NCBI GenBank assembly: GCA_963719035.1 | Contig: CAVRAO010000002.1 | Location: 640,001-704,000 of the forward strand | Direction of reading: 5' to 3' | Source: Methanobacteriota archaeon | GTDB lineage: Archaea > Halobacteriota > Bog-38 > Methanoflorentales > Methanoflorentaceae | Length of the DNA: 64,000 nt | Part shown: positions 61,059 to 64,000 of the stretch, piece by piece | Numbering within the stretch: position 1 is the first letter of the stretch | Layout: each line of letters opens with the position of its first letter | The notes under the pieces: model-generated | Told to the model about the DNA's origin: nothing | Database searches by the model: none | What the model saw: only the letters and a program-made list of their open reading frames with translations | Position numbers and translations under genes: made by a program

Positions 61059-62164
61059 AAATCGCCGTTTTTGTCAATACCCAGGCTGAAGCACATTTCT
61101 ACAAGAACATCATAGCCGCGCTTGAACGTGATGGCAATCAGGTCTTCGTGCTCGCACGTGACTGTGGGGGAACGACGGATCTGCTCAATGAACTCAACAT
61201 TCCTTTTTTCCAGTTCTCGAGTCCGCCCGGGCCCGAATCGAGGATAACCACGTCGATTCCGAACGATGTCGTGAACGCCTTTCGATATCTGAAGGAGAAA
61301 AACATCGACTTGACCACGGGCTGTGGCACCTATAGCACCTTCACCGCCTGCTTGCTCAAGGTTCCTGACATCGCTTTCAATGACTGCGAGAGCACAATGA
61401 ATGCCGAACGTTACGCGCTGTTCAAACTCACGTATCAGTTCACCGATGTTTTCGTGACACCGTCATCGTTCAAACGTGAGCTGGGTTCAAAGCACTGCAA
61501 AGTGGAGAGTTACAAAGAGCTCGCGTACCTGCATCCCAATTACTACACGCCCGACCCAGCCGTTTTTGATCTCCTGGACATTCCCAGAAGCCATGACTAC
61601 AGTGTGCTGCGGTTCAACGATTTTGAAGGCCCACACGACCCCAGCGTCAACGGGCTGACTGACGCTGACAAAATAGCCCTCGTGAAAGAGCTCAGCGACT
61701 ACGGAGAGGTCTTTGTTTCATCCGAACGCGCGGTTCCAGAGGCGCTTCAAGAGTACGCGCTCGACGTGCCGAAGCACAGAATTCACGACGTCCTAAGCTA
61801 TGCGTCGTTGTTTGTCACCGACACGCAGACTATGGCGACAGAAGCCGCGCTTCTCGGCACGCCAACAATTCGGTTTAGCCCCTTGATGGGCGACTGTGAC
61901 CCAGTCTTCATCGAGCTTGAACGTGAATTTCGATTGCTCTTCAACTTAAAGACCGCATCAGAAGTCGCCGCAAAGGCGGTCCAACTTATCGAGGCCCCCC
62001 ACGTAACGGAAGACTGGCAAAAGAAACGCGAAAGATTGTTAGATAGAAAGCTCGATATGACGGCGCTGATGGTTTCGCTGATCGAAGAGTTTCCCGCAAG
62101 CTTTGCGTATATGAATGCCAACCGTGCTTTGCGGGGCATCCCTATCCTTGAACAACGTATTTGA
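61055..62164 (+). CDS. DUF354 family GT-B-fold protein
   Basis: AHFYKNII, YKELAYLHP, VLRF, QTMATEAALLGTP. Confidence 0.85.
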   Translation: MKIAVFVNTQAEAHFYKNIIAALERDGNQVFVLARDCGGTTDLLNELNIPFFQFSSPPGPESRITTSIPNDVVNAFRYLKEKNIDLTTGCGTYSTFTACLLKVPDIAFNDCESTMNAERYALFKLTYQFTDVFVTPSSFKRELGSKHCKVESYKELAYLHPNYYTPDPAVFDLLDIPRSHDYSVLRFNDFEGPHDPSVNGLTDADKIALVKELSDYGEVFVSSERAVPEALQEYALDVPKHRIHDVLSYASLFVTDTQTMATEAALLGTPTIRFSPLMGDCDPVFIELEREFRLLFNLKTASEVAAKAVQLIEAPHVTEDWQKKRERLLDRKLDMTALMVSLIEEFPASFAYMNANRALRGIPILEQRI

Positions 62165-62258
62165 TACGTCCCAAGCGGCGTTCAATGGAGTAAACCGTCT
62201 GGTGCTGACGAATTACGCACGCGACGAGCGAATCGATTGATCAAAGGGGAAATTATCG

Positions 62259-62993
62259 ATGTCACTGATGATATCACCGGATCGGCAAACGTGCGAGGCG
62301 ACGGAGACGGTAGCGGTCATTATTCCGACGTTAAATGAAGGGTGCTCAATCGGCAAGGTCATCGAGGGTGTGCCCGTCGCCGACCTCTTGAAGAATGGAC
62401 TCAAAACTGCGGTGTACGTAATCGATGGGCGATCCAACGACAACACGAGGGAGATCGCCGTCGAAAAGGGTGCAAAAATAATGCTCGAAGATCGGCAGGG
62501 AAAGGGGTCGGCCATTCAAACGGCATTTAAATCCGTCACTGCTGACTACGAGATCATGATTGACGGCGACAATACGTACCCGATCGAAATGGCGACCCAG
62601 ATGGTACGTCTACTGAAGAAATACGACGTCGTCATGGGATCGCGACTCAATGGGATAATAGAACCGGGAGCGATGACTCACCTTAACGTCGTGGGGAACG
62701 TTCTCCTCTCGCTCCTTGCGTGGGTGCTGTTTGGTGTGCGTGTCAGCGACGTGTGCACGGGTTTCTGGGGCTACCGAAACGACGCGATTCGGCGCTTGAC
62801 GCTCACAGCGCGCGGCTTTGAAATTGAAGCCGATATGTTCGCTGAATGTGTAAGAAAAGGCTTGCGGATTGCGGAAATCCCAATCACCTACCGCGCTCGC
62901 GAGGATCGACCGAAGCTTTCTTCAATTAGAGATGGCATCAAAATCGGTCTTTTTTTGTGTAAGCGACGTTTTCAGCCGGAGCCTCATAAATGA
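62259..62993 (+). CDS. family 2 glycosyltransferase (polyprenol-phosphate glycosyltransferase-like)
   Basis: IIPTLNE, IDGRSNDNT, GKG, IDGDNTY, GSR, DVCTGF, FEIE, EIPITYRAR. Confidence 0.92.
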   Translation: MSLMISPDRQTCEATETVAVIIPTLNEGCSIGKVIEGVPVADLLKNGLKTAVYVIDGRSNDNTREIAVEKGAKIMLEDRQGKGSAIQTAFKSVTADYEIMIDGDNTYPIEMATQMVRLLKKYDVVMGSRLNGIIEPGAMTHLNVVGNVLLSLLAWVLFGVRVSDVCTGFWGYRNDAIRRLTLTARGFEIEADMFAECVRKGLRIAEIPITYRAREDRPKLSSIRDGIKIGLFLCKRRFQPEPHK

Positions 62994-63196
62994 AGGTTGT
63001 GCACTGCACTGCCTGTAATAAACCTGTTGTCACGCACCACGATACTCAATATGTGCTCTGTCCGTGGTGCGTGAGGCATCGGTCACGCAGTTGGTTTTTG
63101 ATTCGGTCATATCCTTGTGATCACAACGCGCGCATTCGCTGTGAACTCGCGCTGAAAAACCAAGCACCGCTGCACCGAATTGACAAAAAGTTGTAG
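62990..63196 (+). CDS. zinc-finger microprotein, paralog of 60906-61058
   Basis: CTACNKPVVTHHDTQYVLCPWC; ATGA overlap with the GT2 stop; 3' end uncertain. Confidence 0.7.
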   Translation: MKVVHCTACNKPVVTHHDTQYVLCPWCVRHRSRSWFLIRSYPCDHNARIRCELALKNQAPLHRIDKKL

Positions 63197-63218
63197 CACC
63201 GATACATCCTCTGACAAA

Positions 63219-63482
63219 ATGAACGCCAAAGTATTCGCACTAAGCTGTAAACACTCAGAAGAATGCCCCGCTTTTTTAAAGGGATTAGGCTTTACACTAT
63301 CAATCTACCCAGTCACCATATTCGCGAAGCTGTTCGATCTCAATAGACGGTGGCGCGCGCCTGTGCTTTACCGACTCTCCTGCGGCAAGGATCACAAGAA
63401 GTCCAAGCATGCCTACCTCACGCAGGGCTTCGGTAGCTCGTGTGACAATTTTTCGGCGCGGTATAAAGGACTTGACGTGTGA
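63219..63482 (+). CDS. possible small Cys-containing protein
   Basis: ATG 22 bp after the previous stop; CKHSEECP..SCGKDH..CDNF; weak support. Confidence 0.3.
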   Translation: MNAKVFALSCKHSEECPAFLKGLGFTLSIYPVTIFAKLFDLNRRWRAPVLYRLSCGKDHKKSKHAYLTQGFGSSCDNFSARYKGLDV

Positions 63483-64000
63483 GCCCAAGAACGGCTTTTC
63501 AGGTTCATGGTTCAATCGCTGCAAACTTTCTTGCGTCATAGCTGTCACTTAATACTTATTGCTCAAGCTTGTTAATATATAAATTTTCTCGTAATAACTA
63601 AATAACATATCAACAATTATAGTCAATATTGTCTTTTCTTGACAACATTGTACGCTTACCCTACCTGGCAATTGAATGGTGCTCACCACAATATAAAGAT
63701 ACCGAAATTGTTCTCTATTATGGCATCGTCCGTCAAAAAAGCAAGCTTCTGCCATCTCGCCGGCACCTTAGCATTATCCTTGATCTCGAGAGCGGGTCGT
63801 GCCCAGACTAAACCCAGTCGCACTAAAACTTCCTTCAGAAAGCGACGGCGGTTCTAAGATCGAGCCGTGCGGGCATGGCATCACTCCTGCTATGCACATC
63901 CCCCTCACAACATGTTCTCGAACCACAGACGACCCGAGATATCGTGTTTTTATACTAGTGGCACAAATCGTTCGTTATGTCGGTGATACTGACGCTCACG

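Noticed and set aside
63500-64000. Short ORFs at the window end
   Set aside because: No recognisable motif and no consistent RBS plus long frame; not supportable

Overview
Archaeal chromosomal window. Gene content points to a Halobacteriota/Methanomicrobia-like anaerobe (inference). In order it contains: (1) a complete A1Ao ATP synthase operon, atpHIKECFABD; (2) a bacterial-type Wood-Ljungdahl carbonyl-branch cluster with acsE, acsV/RACo, cooC, acsC, acsD, a 1400-aa CooS-AcsB fusion and cooF, whose promoter-cooF-cooS unit was duplicated, with a glutamate-synthase-like FMN gene now sitting inside the decayed second cooS; (3) SAMP, modE and moeA remnants and two tRNAs; (4) pheST, a photolyase, and an atypical heliorhodopsin in tandem with a flavin-binding protein; (5) trpS, endA, a Ski2/Hel308b-like helicase fused to zinc ribbons, XPB-Bax1 and core housekeeping genes (tsaC, aMBF1, PAN, hisC, argD, guaAB, pyrG, trm112, purA); (6) an accessory region at about 51-63.5 kb. 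The best candidate for an undescribed system is in this last region: two gene pairs, each encoding one soluble and one membrane-anchored protein, all four built from exactly eight copies of a 21-aa repeat I do not recognise. They lie near DUF1724 wHTH regulators, a UbiA prenyltransferase (its promoter shares a tandem operator-like motif with one regulator) and a glycosyltransferase operon bracketed by two paralogous zinc-finger microproteins. Several genes, including essential ones, carry 1-bp indels, so the assembly is probably error-prone long-read sequence and single-base claims need read-level confirmation. All family assignments come from motif recognition by eye; no searches were run.
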